Below, piece after piece: positions 17,411-27,302 of a stretch of 64,000 nt of DNA; position 1 is the stretch's first letter; each line of letters begins with the position of its first letter. The notes under the pieces are model-generated. The model made no database searches. It saw nothing but the letters and a program-made list of their open reading frames with translations, and was not told where the DNA came from. The position numbers and the translations under genes were made by a program. This stretch comes from a phage, in the sequence record NC_129898.1; one strand, 5' to 3'.

Positions 17411-18499
17411 TTAAAACTCCCAAATTTCTTCTTCAGCGTCGTTAACGGTTGTGTTGACGCGGTAGTCGGTGTTAGACATTTCCTGGTTAGCCGTCTGTTG
17501 CAGTGAAGGTTTCATCCACACCTGCATAAACGGTAGCGGGTCCTTTGTTGGCGGCACAAAGTCTTTGTCGATGTCGTAATAATCATAAATCGGTGAGCAG
17601 TTATAGTCAACCCATTCTTTAAGCAACGGGGAATTAAGACCTATAATCGCTCTTCCTTCGCTGAAAATATAGTCACTCCAACCGTACTCCTTGGTCCGCA
17701 CTTCGTCAAGAATTTCTTTTAACTCACCCTTAATCTCAAGAAAGCTTTGCTCCCATGCAGGATCATCAAGCAGGATATCGATGATAGCAAAATCACCTTT
17801 CGAATGCAGCATTTCATCAAGCATAATTTTTTGAACAAGTTGTGCCACTTGAACAAAAATACCTTGCTCAGCTACTGCGAACGTACATGCAAAACTTGCA
17901 ATAAACTCAATACTTTCTAGAGCTAAAAGTGCAAAAAGTGCTCTAAGGATACATTTCCGTACAACATCTTCTTCAACACTGGAAGGATCCAGTCGGTATT
18001 TTGCACCAATAACCTCAAGCTCTTGCATATATTTGACAATAACTCCAGATCTGCTCAGCACGTTCTGGTTTTCCTGAATCTCTTCTATAATCTCGCGAGC
18101 ATTAGGAAGGCATTGTCTAACAATCTCTGAGTAAGTTAGTGCATGAAGAACCTCAATCTCAGACTGCTTCATCAACAAGGTGAAAAGCTCACTGTTGGTG
18201 ATAAATGGTGAAAACAGACAAATGATAGATCTTGCTGCAACACTGTCTGCCTCCCATTGCCACATCAGTGTCTGCACCATCACATCGTAAGTTGACTTTG
18301 AGCATGTTACGAAATCAGAAATAGACTGTGACAAATCTACTTCGTCCTCTGCCCAATCTTGTTCTTTTTGTTTTTTGTATAGTTCAAACAGCTGTGGATA
18401 CTTTTTGTTAATAGAGTCGTACATCCCCATCTGCTGTCCTAGAAACAGCGGATAATCACCAGTTTTATGAGCAGTGTTCTCAGTATTAAATACGGACAT
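17411..18499 (-). CDS. nrdB: ribonucleotide reductase class I beta subunit
   Basis: 362 aa; di-iron ligand helices (E..H patterns); directly downstream of nrdA. Confidence 0.85.
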   Translation of the reverse strand: MSVFNTENTAHKTGDYPLFLGQQMGMYDSINKKYPQLFELYKKQKEQDWAEDEVDLSQSISDFVTCSKSTYDVMVQTLMWQWEADSVAARSIICLFSPFITNSELFTLLMKQSEIEVLHALTYSEIVRQCLPNAREIIEEIQENQNVLSRSGVIVKYMQELEVIGAKYRLDPSSVEEDVVRKCILRALFALLALESIEFIASFACTFAVAEQGIFVQVAQLVQKIMLDEMLHSKGDFAIIDILLDDPAWEQSFLEIKGELKEILDEVRTKEYGWSDYIFSEGRAIIGLNSPLLKEWVDYNCSPIYDYYDIDKDFVPPTKDPLPFMQVWMKPSLQQTANQEMSNTDYRVNTTVNDAEEEIWEF

Positions 18500-18516
18500 T
18501 ATTCTACCTCTAAAAT

Positions 18517-18530
18517 GGGGCCGAAGCCCC
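18517..18530 (-). terminator. intergenic hairpin between nrdA and nrdB (attenuator/terminator-like)
   Basis: GGGGC-CGAA-GCCCC flanked by A- and T-runs on both sides. Confidence 0.4.
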
Positions 18531-18537
18531 TTTTAAA

Positions 18538-20853
18538 TTACAGTGCACAACTTTCGCAATACGGATCTTCAACTGAACTATCTGCAATCAAAGGATAGTT
18601 CTTTCTGGTTTCATCTTCAGCCTGTTTCTTCGCGTGAAGCTCCTCTGTCAAAGAGTCACCAGCACCAACCCGAGAGTTTAAGTAATACCATGTCTTCATC
18701 CCGAATTTAGTAGCACGGATAAGATACCCAAGCTGCTCCTTCATTGAAATTTTACCATCTTTCAACTTGGTGTAATCAATATATAGGTCAGCACTGATTG
18801 CCTGTCCTGTGAATTTTTGAATCACAGCATACATATCAATCATGTCGTTAGTATCAACGTCCCAAGCCGAGGTATAATACTCTTTCAGTTCATCATATTC
18901 AGGAACGATAAACAGCACCTGCCCTTGTGGTGACTTTTTAAAGATAATGTGTTCACGGACAGGATAAACCCCGTTAGTGGTGTTTGTTGCCAACGAAGAG
19001 CTTTCATTAGGCATGTATGCTTCAAGAACGCTATTACGTAGTCCACCGTTTTCAATAATTTCTTTACGTAACCCTTCCCAATCCTGCTTAAGAGAAGGAT
19101 CTTTCACCACACTATCGACCTCTTTGTTATAAGTGTCGATTGGTAACCAACCATCTGGGTATTTTGTTTTATGCATCCACTCGCAGACACCACGCTCTTT
19201 TGCCAATCGTAAACTTGCCTTATGCAAGCTGTAGCTGTGGAGCTCTGCAAGATCGTGAACAAGCTGTTTACTTTCAGGAGATCCGTAAGCAACCTTGTGG
19301 CTGGCAATAAAATGTGCAACATTGGTAAGGCCAACCCCGATGGATCTGCGTTTTTTAACAGTGCTCTCCATATTTTCATACGGATATGTCATGATTTCCA
19401 TAACATTGTCAATCATAAGCACAGTGTAGTATGCAACATCCTCATACTCCTCTGGGGTAACCCTTCCCGCTACAAGAGATGACAGGAAGCACAATGCAAC
19501 TTCGCCATCATCAACATCGTACTTGAAGATATTACGCATATCTGAATAGCCTTTTGTCGGGAGGGCTATTTCTGCACACAGGTTACTTGAATAGATTACA
19601 TCTTTAAAAGGTGTATGTCTATTCATCTCATCTGTCCAGTACACATACAATCTGCCAACCTCGGTACGCTGAGTGATCAGTTCAACAGCAAGGTCTCTAG
19701 CACGGATCCATGTTTTAGGAATGCTGTCATCTTTAGCAATACGATCAACCTCTGCATCAAACTCCTCCATAGACATGGTGAAGATACCCTCGTGCAGTTG
19801 AGGCGCGTGCTTATAGGAAACAAGCATCCAATCTAAATTCTTAGCCACACGGTTGATAAATGACCTATTAATACCTATAGAGTAGTCCATGGTGTTGATT
19901 CTTTTTGAAGCAACAGTCATAGGGTTTCTCAAACGGATTAGCTCATCAATCTGTGGGTCTAGCGCAAGAAATGATACCGTTGCCGAACCTCCGCGTGATT
20001 GTTGTCTATTCTCCTTAACCCCAGCATCAATACCTCGATAATATGGAAGCTTACCCATATGTTTAATAGTGTTACCACGAACACCATCACCTGCAGATCT
20101 TGATGATAAATAGTAGCCAATACCTGCTTGGTTAACCGTCATTGTGTACGCAACTTCACGTGCCACACCAATAGATTTTGCTGTATCGTCAGCTTTTATT
20201 ACACAACAAGATGCATACCCTGTCTTACCTGTGCGTAGACCGTTTAAGTACGGTGTCGGGGCATTGATCTTTAAGTCTGACAGATAAGTGTATAATTTTA
20301 CAACATCGTCAATACGGCGTTCTTTCGGCATATTTTTCATGACAGCCATCGCTATCCCCATGAACATCATCTGTGGGGATTCGAACAGGGTGTCTTTAAG
20401 AGTATCCTTGATCCCGTATTTGTCTCGAAACTGTTTAAGGACTGCATAGCCATAACCAAGGTCTTTACTGTGATCAATAACAGTGTCTAAAGTGTTTAAC
20501 TCGGTAAAGCTATAACCCATATCCTCCCAATACCCTTTATCAACCATGGTGTTGTAAAATGATGGTAAGGAAGGGATCTTTGTAAATCCTCCAAAAGCCT
20601 CTTTATAAATCTGACCGATAAGAACACGACCAGCCATACGAGAATGTGCTTCGTCCTTACGGCTAACACAGGAGTCTATAATAGCTTGGTTAACTTCTTT
20701 GGTTGTGCATCCATCATACAGCCGTTTGTATGCATCAAGTGCAATATGTGACCAATTGCCGTTACCGTCGTCACCGAAAATAGCTGCCTTATTTAAACGT
20801 TCCGGATCGAATGCCACTTCACATCCGTTGCTTTTAATTACCTTGGTGATCAA
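18538..20853 (-). CDS. nrdA: ribonucleotide reductase class I alpha subunit
   Basis: 771 aa; N-terminal ATP-cone (VIKSNGCEVAFDPERL), catalytic NLCAEI and C-terminal CxxC tail. Confidence 0.9.
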   Translation of the reverse strand: MITKVIKSNGCEVAFDPERLNKAAIFGDDGNGNWSHIALDAYKRLYDGCTTKEVNQAIIDSCVSRKDEAHSRMAGRVLIGQIYKEAFGGFTKIPSLPSFYNTMVDKGYWEDMGYSFTELNTLDTVIDHSKDLGYGYAVLKQFRDKYGIKDTLKDTLFESPQMMFMGIAMAVMKNMPKERRIDDVVKLYTYLSDLKINAPTPYLNGLRTGKTGYASCCVIKADDTAKSIGVAREVAYTMTVNQAGIGYYLSSRSAGDGVRGNTIKHMGKLPYYRGIDAGVKENRQQSRGGSATVSFLALDPQIDELIRLRNPMTVASKRINTMDYSIGINRSFINRVAKNLDWMLVSYKHAPQLHEGIFTMSMEEFDAEVDRIAKDDSIPKTWIRARDLAVELITQRTEVGRLYVYWTDEMNRHTPFKDVIYSSNLCAEIALPTKGYSDMRNIFKYDVDDGEVALCFLSSLVAGRVTPEEYEDVAYYTVLMIDNVMEIMTYPYENMESTVKKRRSIGVGLTNVAHFIASHKVAYGSPESKQLVHDLAELHSYSLHKASLRLAKERGVCEWMHKTKYPDGWLPIDTYNKEVDSVVKDPSLKQDWEGLRKEIIENGGLRNSVLEAYMPNESSSLATNTTNGVYPVREHIIFKKSPQGQVLFIVPEYDELKEYYTSAWDVDTNDMIDMYAVIQKFTGQAISADLYIDYTKLKDGKISMKEQLGYLIRATKFGMKTWYYLNSRVGAGDSLTEELHAKKQAEDETRKNYPLIADSSVEDPYCESCAL

Positions 20854-21080
20854 TTTGCTTCCTCCACTTCATCAACGTATTTATCAAGGCAGGTATCAGT
20901 ATCTTGTTGGATAAAGGTATCCTCTTCTACGGAGATATTTATAATTTTACCTGTATACTCGTCATAATAAACATCATCATACATTTTAATATCATTTGTC
21001 AGGCCGTTGAACCAAAGCCAACCAACATACTCTGACCGACTTGCAAAACCAAGATCCTTCCACTTGGAGTTATGACTCAT
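20850..21080 (-). CDS. hypothetical protein
   Basis: Start set at ATG 21080 (MSHNSKW) with AAGGTGG RBS, after the stop of 21091..21591. Confidence 0.45.
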   Translation of the reverse strand: MSHNSKWKDLGFASRSEYVGWLWFNGLTNDIKMYDDVYYDEYTGKIINISVEEDTFIQQDTDTCLDKYVDEVEEAN

Positions 21081-21090
21081 CTTCACCACC

Positions 21091-21591
21091 TTAGCTTTCA
21101 ATACCGAATAATTTTTCCAGGCGATGCAGATCTTCAAAATTGAAAGGTTCATCAACAATATGAATATCTTCAGCCTTTTCAGATTGTTTTGTATACTTTC
21201 TTACATTAACACGATCTTCTACAGGGATATCATACGGAAGATCTTGAACAAGCATTGCCTCACCGGGTGCTTTATCTACATCTAAAATATCTACACCGTT
21301 ATACATTTGCGGGTATCTAAAGTCTGCACGCATGACACCAGCAAATACATCTGCCTTTCGATAATGGGTTGGCTTATTTTTGCATCGAACGTTTTTTCCA
21401 CGAAGAACATCAATATTTTTTAAATCAAACCCTACAGCAAAGAGTGCAGCTCGGAGACCGTTTCGTGTGCGAACGTTAAATCCGGGAACAGTAGATAGGA
21501 AATCTAAAGTAACTGAAATAAATGTCTTTTTAGGAATCATAACATTACTCATATCTGTCTCCATTTCTGGCTCACCAACAAAGTGAGCCAT
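21091..21591 (-). CDS. hypothetical protein
   Basis: 166-aa ORF. Confidence 0.5.
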   Translation of the reverse strand: MAHFVGEPEMETDMSNVMIPKKTFISVTLDFLSTVPGFNVRTRNGLRAALFAVGFDLKNIDVLRGKNVRCKNKPTHYRKADVFAGVMRADFRYPQMYNGVDILDVDKAPGEAMLVQDLPYDIPVEDRVNVRKYTKQSEKAEDIHIVDEPFNFEDLHRLEKLFGIES

Positions 21592-21650
21592 TATTATAGA
21601 TTATCTGATGCTATTAGTCAACACAAAAGTTACCTATCGCTGTGATAGGA

Positions 21651-22634
21651 TTAACCTTTCATGAAGTGGTTATTAAGCAGCTGTCTGTGCTGAACCCACC
21701 CACAAAAGTTGGCAGACCAGAATTTACCATCACGGTCTTGATGGGTTACACCTTCCTGCCAAACACAGCTGTCCTGTGTGATTTCACATGAAGACAGGTA
21801 GTAGTTTAAACGTTCCATTGCGTTATCGTGATCCATAGGTGTTGCCTGGTGCTCGTAGGGGCTTGCATGAATACGATCCCCACCAATCAATTTTTTAGCC
21901 ACACTGTCTGCCTTTTCAAACGTGCTGTCAATATTTCGATAAGATACTTGTGCACAGCAACTAGCACTAATAGACAGAGCTTCTTTAGTATCGAGAATGC
22001 AGAGCTTTCCTTCTGTGTCACGTACAGCGTAGTTAAACTCTCCGTCCAAATAAACATGCTCTACATATGGGGTGTGCCATTGACCCGGTTTAAGGATTTC
22101 AGGAGTGCTATTCATAATAGCATCCTGCATGCAATTAGCCAACATCTGAATCGTAGGATCCGCATCGTGCCAGCAACGTAGGTGGAAAAAATTATTCCAC
22201 TCGGTGCTTGTTACAACTGTTTTCATGCGCTGAAACGGCTCTACTAAGCGGTTACATACTTGCTTATGGTAACCAGCAAGGGCGAACTTCTCTGCATGCC
22301 AAGCGGCGTTTTTTGCAGCTTCTTTCCAAAACTCTTCAGGGGTCATCTCCATGTCAGTGTATTCTACACGGATCTTTTGATCGTGTTCCCCTCCATCTTC
22401 CATTCCTCGCTTATTTACACCGAAGCGAACTGGCATTGCCGGATTCTCAACAATCTGCTGCAGCATCTTGCTGACAGGCACTGCACGAGAAGACATGGCG
22501 TTTCGGCTGAACATTCGATGTGTCATAAGCTCTGAGTGAATAATTCGAGGATATTCTAGCTCAAAAGTAGTGATACGCTTACCTTTCTCGGAAATGCTGT
22601 CGGCAATAATCTTTGCAGTGCACAGTTTTAGCAT
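21651..22634 (-). CDS. thyX: ThyX-like flavin-dependent thymidylate synthase homolog (atypical length)
   Basis: TFELEYPRIIHSELMTHRMFSRNAMSSR aligns with the ThyX signature (F..P...HR..S.N..S.R) and NFFHLR second motif; 327 aa is longer than typical ThyX. Confidence 0.65.
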   Translation of the reverse strand: MLKLCTAKIIADSISEKGKRITTFELEYPRIIHSELMTHRMFSRNAMSSRAVPVSKMLQQIVENPAMPVRFGVNKRGMEDGGEHDQKIRVEYTDMEMTPEEFWKEAAKNAAWHAEKFALAGYHKQVCNRLVEPFQRMKTVVTSTEWNNFFHLRCWHDADPTIQMLANCMQDAIMNSTPEILKPGQWHTPYVEHVYLDGEFNYAVRDTEGKLCILDTKEALSISASCCAQVSYRNIDSTFEKADSVAKKLIGGDRIHASPYEHQATPMDHDNAMERLNYYLSSCEITQDSCVWQEGVTHQDRDGKFWSANFCGWVQHRQLLNNHFMKG

Positions 22635-22834
22635 TATTTAGCTCTCCTTGTTTTAATTTTGGAAATTTCGTCTGGGTTTATGTTGGCCTTAAATGCAAGG
22701 TATCTGTTAAACATATCGGAGCACATATCTTGGGTGATCCTAGAGGCATACACCAGCTTACCGCCCAGATCATACACCTCTATCCAGTCACCGTATCTGA
22801 CTACAGGATCGCCACCTTTAGAACATCTGCCCAT
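22634..22834 (-). CDS. hypothetical protein
   Basis: 66-aa ORF. Confidence 0.4.
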   Translation of the reverse strand: MGRCSKGGDPVVRYGDWIEVYDLGGKLVYASRITQDMCSDMFNRYLAFKANINPDEISKIKTRRAK

Positions 22835-22835
22835 T

Positions 22836-23429
22836 TCAAATACCTTCTAAAAACTTCCCTATTTTATACCAGCTGTTAGCGGTATAGTCAACACTAACCT
22901 TCAACTCCTCGAATTGCTCGTAAGGAGTGTCTTTTAAGATTTTAATAACTTCAGGACGTGAAGCGAATTGATTCAGGTATTCATGCCTGTCGTCAATTAT
23001 AACATCTACAGCCACATTACCTTTGAAATGTGTGGCGTAGAAGCCGTGACCCTGGGTGTGATCGTCCAGATCCATAAAATCGCTGGTCCAACGCTTTAAG
23101 AACCTTGATTTAGATGCAAGGTGACCTTTCTTACATACAGAGATAAATGCAAGCTTGTGACCACGAGCCACCAAATCTTTCATAACCTCAATAGCCCCCT
23201 CTTCAGGCTTAAGAAAGTCGTAGAGGAACGGGTCACTCCAGAAATCAAAAGGCCCTATGATGTTTTCTTTGGGGCGATCAGGCCAATACTTTGACAGATC
23301 GTAATACATCAGTCCGTTAGAAGGTTTAGCGACTGTCTTGCTGGCTGGGCCATACAAACGCTCTAGCCATTCCCACCATGCTGTTCCTGAGTCTACCAGT
23401 GTTAAATCTACATCAATTCCGATCAGCAT
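22836..23429 (-). CDS. HAD-superfamily 5'(3')-deoxyribonucleotidase-like hydrolase
   Basis: N-terminal IGIDVDLTLVDS (DxDxT) HAD motif I; DDR motif late. Confidence 0.6.
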   Translation of the reverse strand: MLIGIDVDLTLVDSGTAWWEWLERLYGPASKTVAKPSNGLMYYDLSKYWPDRPKENIIGPFDFWSDPFLYDFLKPEEGAIEVMKDLVARGHKLAFISVCKKGHLASKSRFLKRWTSDFMDLDDHTQGHGFYATHFKGNVAVDVIIDDRHEYLNQFASRPEVIKILKDTPYEQFEELKVSVDYTANSWYKIGKFLEGI

Positions 23430-23434
23430 TGTTC

Positions 23435-24037
23435 TCAGACCTCTTTAGCATCAATATACTTGCACACAATCTCAGATGCGCACTCCCAAGGAGCTCCCTC
23501 AGGGTTAACAACATCAAACTCGATACCTTTTATCCCGTTCTTCTCTAGGCTAAGGTAAGTTCTGGAATCATTTCCCCAATCATATCCTGCACGGTGGATA
23601 CGGAACAGTAGAAGATCGCCACCTGTGCTGTATGCGTACTCGCCAAGGCATGCCAGCTCCTCTTTGAAGCCACCATCGGAGTAAACAACAACCCCTTTAC
23701 CTTCAGGGAAATCTTTCTTCAAGGATGCGACTGCGGCCTTACCGAAAGCATCTTCACCAAAGATAGGTTTAATCAGATTTTCACTACAATGGATCATCCA
23801 TTCTCGCGGAGAAACATGCTTGCCGTCTATCATTAAGAACGGGCACGGTTCTTCTTTGTAGCGGCGATCATAAAGTGCATTCCACAACTGTGGTGAAATA
23901 CCAGCTGCCTTAATTGCCACACTGAATAGCATTTCCTTTACCTCGCGGTGATGCGAGTTTGGAATGGCTTCCAACAAAAGATCTGCGATATGGTCTTTTC
24001 CAGAACTTGGTGGAGCATTAAGAACAATAATATCCAT
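23435..24037 (-). CDS. deoxynucleoside monophosphate kinase-like P-loop kinase
   Basis: P-loop LNAPPSSGKDHIADLL resembles T4 gp1 dNMP kinase N-terminus. Confidence 0.55.
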   Translation of the reverse strand: MDIIVLNAPPSSGKDHIADLLLEAIPNSHHREVKEMLFSVAIKAAGISPQLWNALYDRRYKEEPCPFLMIDGKHVSPREWMIHCSENLIKPIFGEDAFGKAAVASLKKDFPEGKGVVVYSDGGFKEELACLGEYAYSTGGDLLLFRIHRAGYDWGNDSRTYLSLEKNGIKGIEFDVVNPEGAPWECASEIVCKYIDAKEV

Positions 24038-24240
24038 TAAAAACCTCCGTGGTATTCTTCAACTGCATCAATAATACTTTTACACTTATCTACCAGTTCG
24101 TTAGCTACTACGGCATCGTCTTCCCAAACAGCCTCCTCAATCTGATCAAGCAGTGATCGCATCTTATTCATCATTTCTGGAACAAAGCTTTCTGAAAAGC
24201 TGTCTGGGATTGTTAACTCTGGTGTCATTGCGGTCTCCAA
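24037..24240 (-). CDS. hypothetical acidic protein
   Basis: 67-aa ORF. Confidence 0.4.
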   Translation of the reverse strand: METAMTPELTIPDSFSESFVPEMMNKMRSLLDQIEEAVWEDDAVVANELVDKCKSIIDAVEEYHGGF

Positions 24241-24255
24241 TCATACTGTGCGTTA

Positions 24256-24714
24256 TTAGAAGTTTGTTTTTACACGTCCCTTTTCATCTACTTCGTTGTT
24301 AGCTAAAAGCGTTACAAAGTCTGTAAAACGAACATGAAGAACTCTTTTCTTATCCAGGTATCCTAAAGCCACACCTGAGAAATTTACCATCAAAGGTGCT
24401 AAAGAAGCTCTAGCACTGAAATGCTGCTGTTCCACTCTTCCAACACCCTTAGTATAAGAAGGGTTGAGATTGTAAGTTCTGAATCCAAGTTTTGTTGGAG
24501 CTTTAGAATTAAAAACAACTTTATAACGTTTCTTACTCAGCTTATGTTCCAGAATAAGCATGCCCTTTTCGCCACGGATAAGCTGAAAATCTGTAAAATG
24601 CTCTTTTAAGACAAAAGGTAGTGCCAGCCCCATAGCCTGCCCCCTTTGCACGGCTGTCTCACCAAAAGCTTTTGCATCAGTAAGCTCTTTAGTCAAGTCT
24701 ATACTTTTGATCAT
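24256..24714 (-). CDS. hypothetical protein
   Basis: 152-aa ORF. Confidence 0.5.
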   Translation of the reverse strand: MIKSIDLTKELTDAKAFGETAVQRGQAMGLALPFVLKEHFTDFQLIRGEKGMLILEHKLSKKRYKVVFNSKAPTKLGFRTYNLNPSYTKGVGRVEQQHFSARASLAPLMVNFSGVALGYLDKKRVLHVRFTDFVTLLANNEVDEKGRVKTNF

Positions 24715-25525
24715 ACCTGGTCTCCAAAATGTATTGTAGTTCTTTCTTGCCTATACTCTTCATTCCAGCAGTCTTACCTGCTTCTTCTTGAAAAGAAGAA
24801 TAGCATTCAGCAAACACTCTGTCAACACCATCAACTAAAGATTTTATGAAATATGTTGATTCTTCAGATTTTGGGTCATCCTTCCCCAATACTTTTCCAG
24901 CATTATACCCAACACGCCTTATGCAGAAGTCGTAGTCATCTGGTGTACTAAAAGAAAATAGCTTATTCTCCCCAATCTCTACAGGATCCCTATTGCACAC
25001 CTTTTTCTCCCAAATTTGGAAAACACATGGCACGTCATAAGGTTTGCCGTTGAGTAAAAACGAGTTCTTGGGGCACCTTTCGCTGTAAATAAGGTGCATC
25101 GACATGTCCAGTTTGTTTGCAAAAAATATTTTTTCAAATGTCCGTGGCAAGATGAAGGCTATAGCCCCACCAGGCTCTAGCAATGATGCACAGTGGTTAA
25201 AAAACTTGCAAGCTAAAGACGAATTTTTGCCGAATGGAGGATTACCTATGAAGACATCAGCTTTAGGGTACACCTCTAAGAAGTTTGCCTTAATACACGG
25301 TGTTGGGCCTTCAAATTCAGGATCTGGTACCAAATCGTACGACAGTATCTCTGAAAATAGTTTTGAAAAAGAACCCTTTCCAGCAGAAGGCTCAACGTAT
25401 GCACAACTCCCATACTTACCTTTTACTTTACCAACAAGATATTCTGCATACTCAGGGTCTGTGTAATATTTGTCGTTGGACTCTTTCTTGCTCAAGGTGC
25501 CTCCAAAATGAAAAGGGAGGCGCAA
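24689..25525 (-). CDS. DNA N6-adenine methyltransferase (NPPF motif)
   Basis: VFIGNPPFGKNSSLA catalytic motif; 278 aa. Confidence 0.65.
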   Translation of the reverse strand: MRLPFHFGGTLSKKESNDKYYTDPEYAEYLVGKVKGKYGSCAYVEPSAGKGSFSKLFSEILSYDLVPDPEFEGPTPCIKANFLEVYPKADVFIGNPPFGKNSSLACKFFNHCASLLEPGGAIAFILPRTFEKIFFANKLDMSMHLIYSERCPKNSFLLNGKPYDVPCVFQIWEKKVCNRDPVEIGENKLFSFSTPDDYDFCIRRVGYNAGKVLGKDDPKSEESTYFIKSLVDGVDRVFAECYSSFQEEAGKTAGMKSIGKKELQYILETRYDQKYRLD

Positions 25526-25533
25526 GCCTCCCT
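25505..25533 (-). terminator. intrinsic terminator
   Basis: AGGGAGGC-GCAA-GCCTCCCT; on the minus strand followed by TTTTCATTTT; 3' of 25541..26524. Confidence 0.6.
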
Positions 25534-25540
25534 CTACTTG

Positions 25541-26524
25541 TCAGATTATCTGAATCAGGGTGTTTTTCATCTCTTCTCGGGTACGGATGTTGTTACGATC
25601 ACGAACAACAGACCCACAACCTTCGCAGCGGTAGGTTTTAAATGCACTCAGTTGAGTATACGCCAAAGCCTCTTCCTCGTGAAGGTGTTCTCCACCACAA
25701 CGTGGGCAACGAACTTTTGACTCCTCATCTTGGTAGTACAACGACATGTTGGGGTGCTGCTTAGCAAACGGACGCGCCAGCAAATACAGTCCTTCCAGAG
25801 ACAAGATGTCCCCAACATTATACTCCCGCATCTGTTTAAACGCCTCAAGATCACCATGAACACACTTGATCCACATTTCAAATGTGTGGTCAATTAGTTT
25901 CTGTCTGGCCAGTTGGAAGTATTTACATGCATACTCTAACGTGTTTGCATTCAAACGGAATGCCTTTTTAATCATCTTGAGGGTGTCAACCTCTTTGTAT
26001 GGGCTTGTTGGCGGCAAACCGTGAAATGCAAATCGTTGGTTAGCCCACCCACAGTCAAAACCAGAGTTGTGTGCTACTGCGACATCACATTTATCCAAAT
26101 AATACCACAAATCTTGAATCAGCTCAAGATCGTTGTGGATATCCTCGCCCCACATTTTGTAATCAGGAAGAGCACAGTCAACCACGCTAGGGCTGTCTAA
26201 CCATTTACCTGCGAAAGTTAGCATATAGGGCATAATTTCAATACCGCAGGTTTGAATGTTGGTCTTATAATGCCCAAAGAACCAGCCGTTTGTTGGGGAT
26301 GTCTCTGTATCATACACCCAAACTTTAGCACCTTTGTGTTCTTCAAGGAAGCGCTCCGTTGCCTCTCCTACAATCTCTGACATATTCTCTTGTGCACGTT
26401 TAAGCTGTAGCCGGATCCAGCTCTCACGTGACTCACTACCTAAAAATTCACGAGCAATTTGTCTATTAGTGTATCCCTGTTGCTTCAGTGTTAAAATTTG
26501 CTCAAGAGTTAACTTTGTCATCAT
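25541..26524 (-). CDS. DEDD-family 3'-5' exonuclease with N-terminal HTH
   Basis: VWVYDTETS (Exo I), VAHNSGFDCGW (Exo II), H...D (Exo III); N-terminal GYTNRQIAREF HTH-like segment. Confidence 0.6.
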   Translation of the reverse strand: MMTKLTLEQILTLKQQGYTNRQIAREFLGSESRESWIRLQLKRAQENMSEIVGEATERFLEEHKGAKVWVYDTETSPTNGWFFGHYKTNIQTCGIEIMPYMLTFAGKWLDSPSVVDCALPDYKMWGEDIHNDLELIQDLWYYLDKCDVAVAHNSGFDCGWANQRFAFHGLPPTSPYKEVDTLKMIKKAFRLNANTLEYACKYFQLARQKLIDHTFEMWIKCVHGDLEAFKQMREYNVGDILSLEGLYLLARPFAKQHPNMSLYYQDEESKVRCPRCGGEHLHEEEALAYTQLSAFKTYRCEGCGSVVRDRNNIRTREEMKNTLIQII

Positions 26525-26536
26525 CGTTAAGATTCC

Positions 26537-26758
26537 TTAGTAAAACTGAAGAATGTCTTTTAAAGCGAAGTCACGATATTCGCCCTTGTCTACATCAAAT
26601 GCATGCATCAACCACTGCTCTTCTTTATGATACTCTGTAGATCCAAACCATAAACTAGGCTCAGTAACGCAGCGATCTGCAACAACACCTTTCCAGTTAC
26701 GGTATTTCATTCTGATCAGAACTGAATCGCAAGGATTGAATACCTTTTTCATCCCCAT
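26537..26758 (-). CDS. hypothetical protein
   Basis: 73-aa ORF overlapping the 3' end of 26697..27302; uncertain. Confidence 0.3.
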   Translation of the reverse strand: MGMKKVFNPCDSVLIRMKYRNWKGVVADRCVTEPSLWFGSTEYHKEEQWLMHAFDVDKGEYRDFALKDILQFY

Positions 26759-27302
26759 AGAAATCTCTCTCCTCAGTTTTCTTTATAAACTCCTGCATGT
26801 ATGCCTCAATAGCCTCATGCTTGGTGTACTCTGAATTAATGACAAGATCGAGATCCGATTCTGCCCGTGCAATAATCGTAGCCTTAGAGCATCTCCTCAA
26901 GAACTTTGTCATATCATCTCTGTAGTTTTTGTGGAGCGGGAAGTCGCTGTAGTCTTTCTCCAGATAGTCAGCCATCCGGCGCAACGCCTCTGATAAACTG
27001 CAATCTGTGTACTCGTTACAGTATTTCATCCAGTATTTAAGCACATACCCCTCGAAGGTATTAGTGCATTGGGACAAAACACCCCTGCAACGACCAGTCA
27101 GATGATCATGATCTAAACAAGGCTTACGAAGTGGTTCACACAAGATCGGATCAAGACCATCCTGCTCTTCTGACAATTCTTTTCGAAAGTTGGCTATGTC
27201 CTTAGAATCTTTTAGCCACCCGCTATGAACGGGGGCTTTGACAGCTTTCTTTCTTATTTTACGCTTTGCGATAATCCCTCCAGATGCGCCCTGCCTATCC
27301 AA
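26697..27302 (-). CDS. recombination endonuclease VII-like (His-Cys box)
   Basis: CEPLRKPCLDHDHLTGRCRGVLSQCTN matches the endonuclease VII Zn/HNH core. Confidence 0.7.
   Translation of the reverse strand: MDRQGASGGIIAKRKIRKKAVKAPVHSGWLKDSKDIANFRKELSEEQDGLDPILCEPLRKPCLDHDHLTGRCRGVLSQCTNTFEGYVLKYWMKYCNEYTDCSLSEALRRMADYLEKDYSDFPLHKNYRDDMTKFLRRCSKATIIARAESDLDLVINSEYTKHEAIEAYMQEFIKKTEERDFYGDEKGIQSLRFSSDQNEIP

Noticed and set aside
19104-19836. ORFs 19104..19379 (-), 19222..19482 (+), 19615..19836 (+) inside nrdA
   Set aside because: Embedded in or antisense to a well-supported 771-aa ribonucleotide reductase gene; no RBS; treated as spurious six-frame ORFs.
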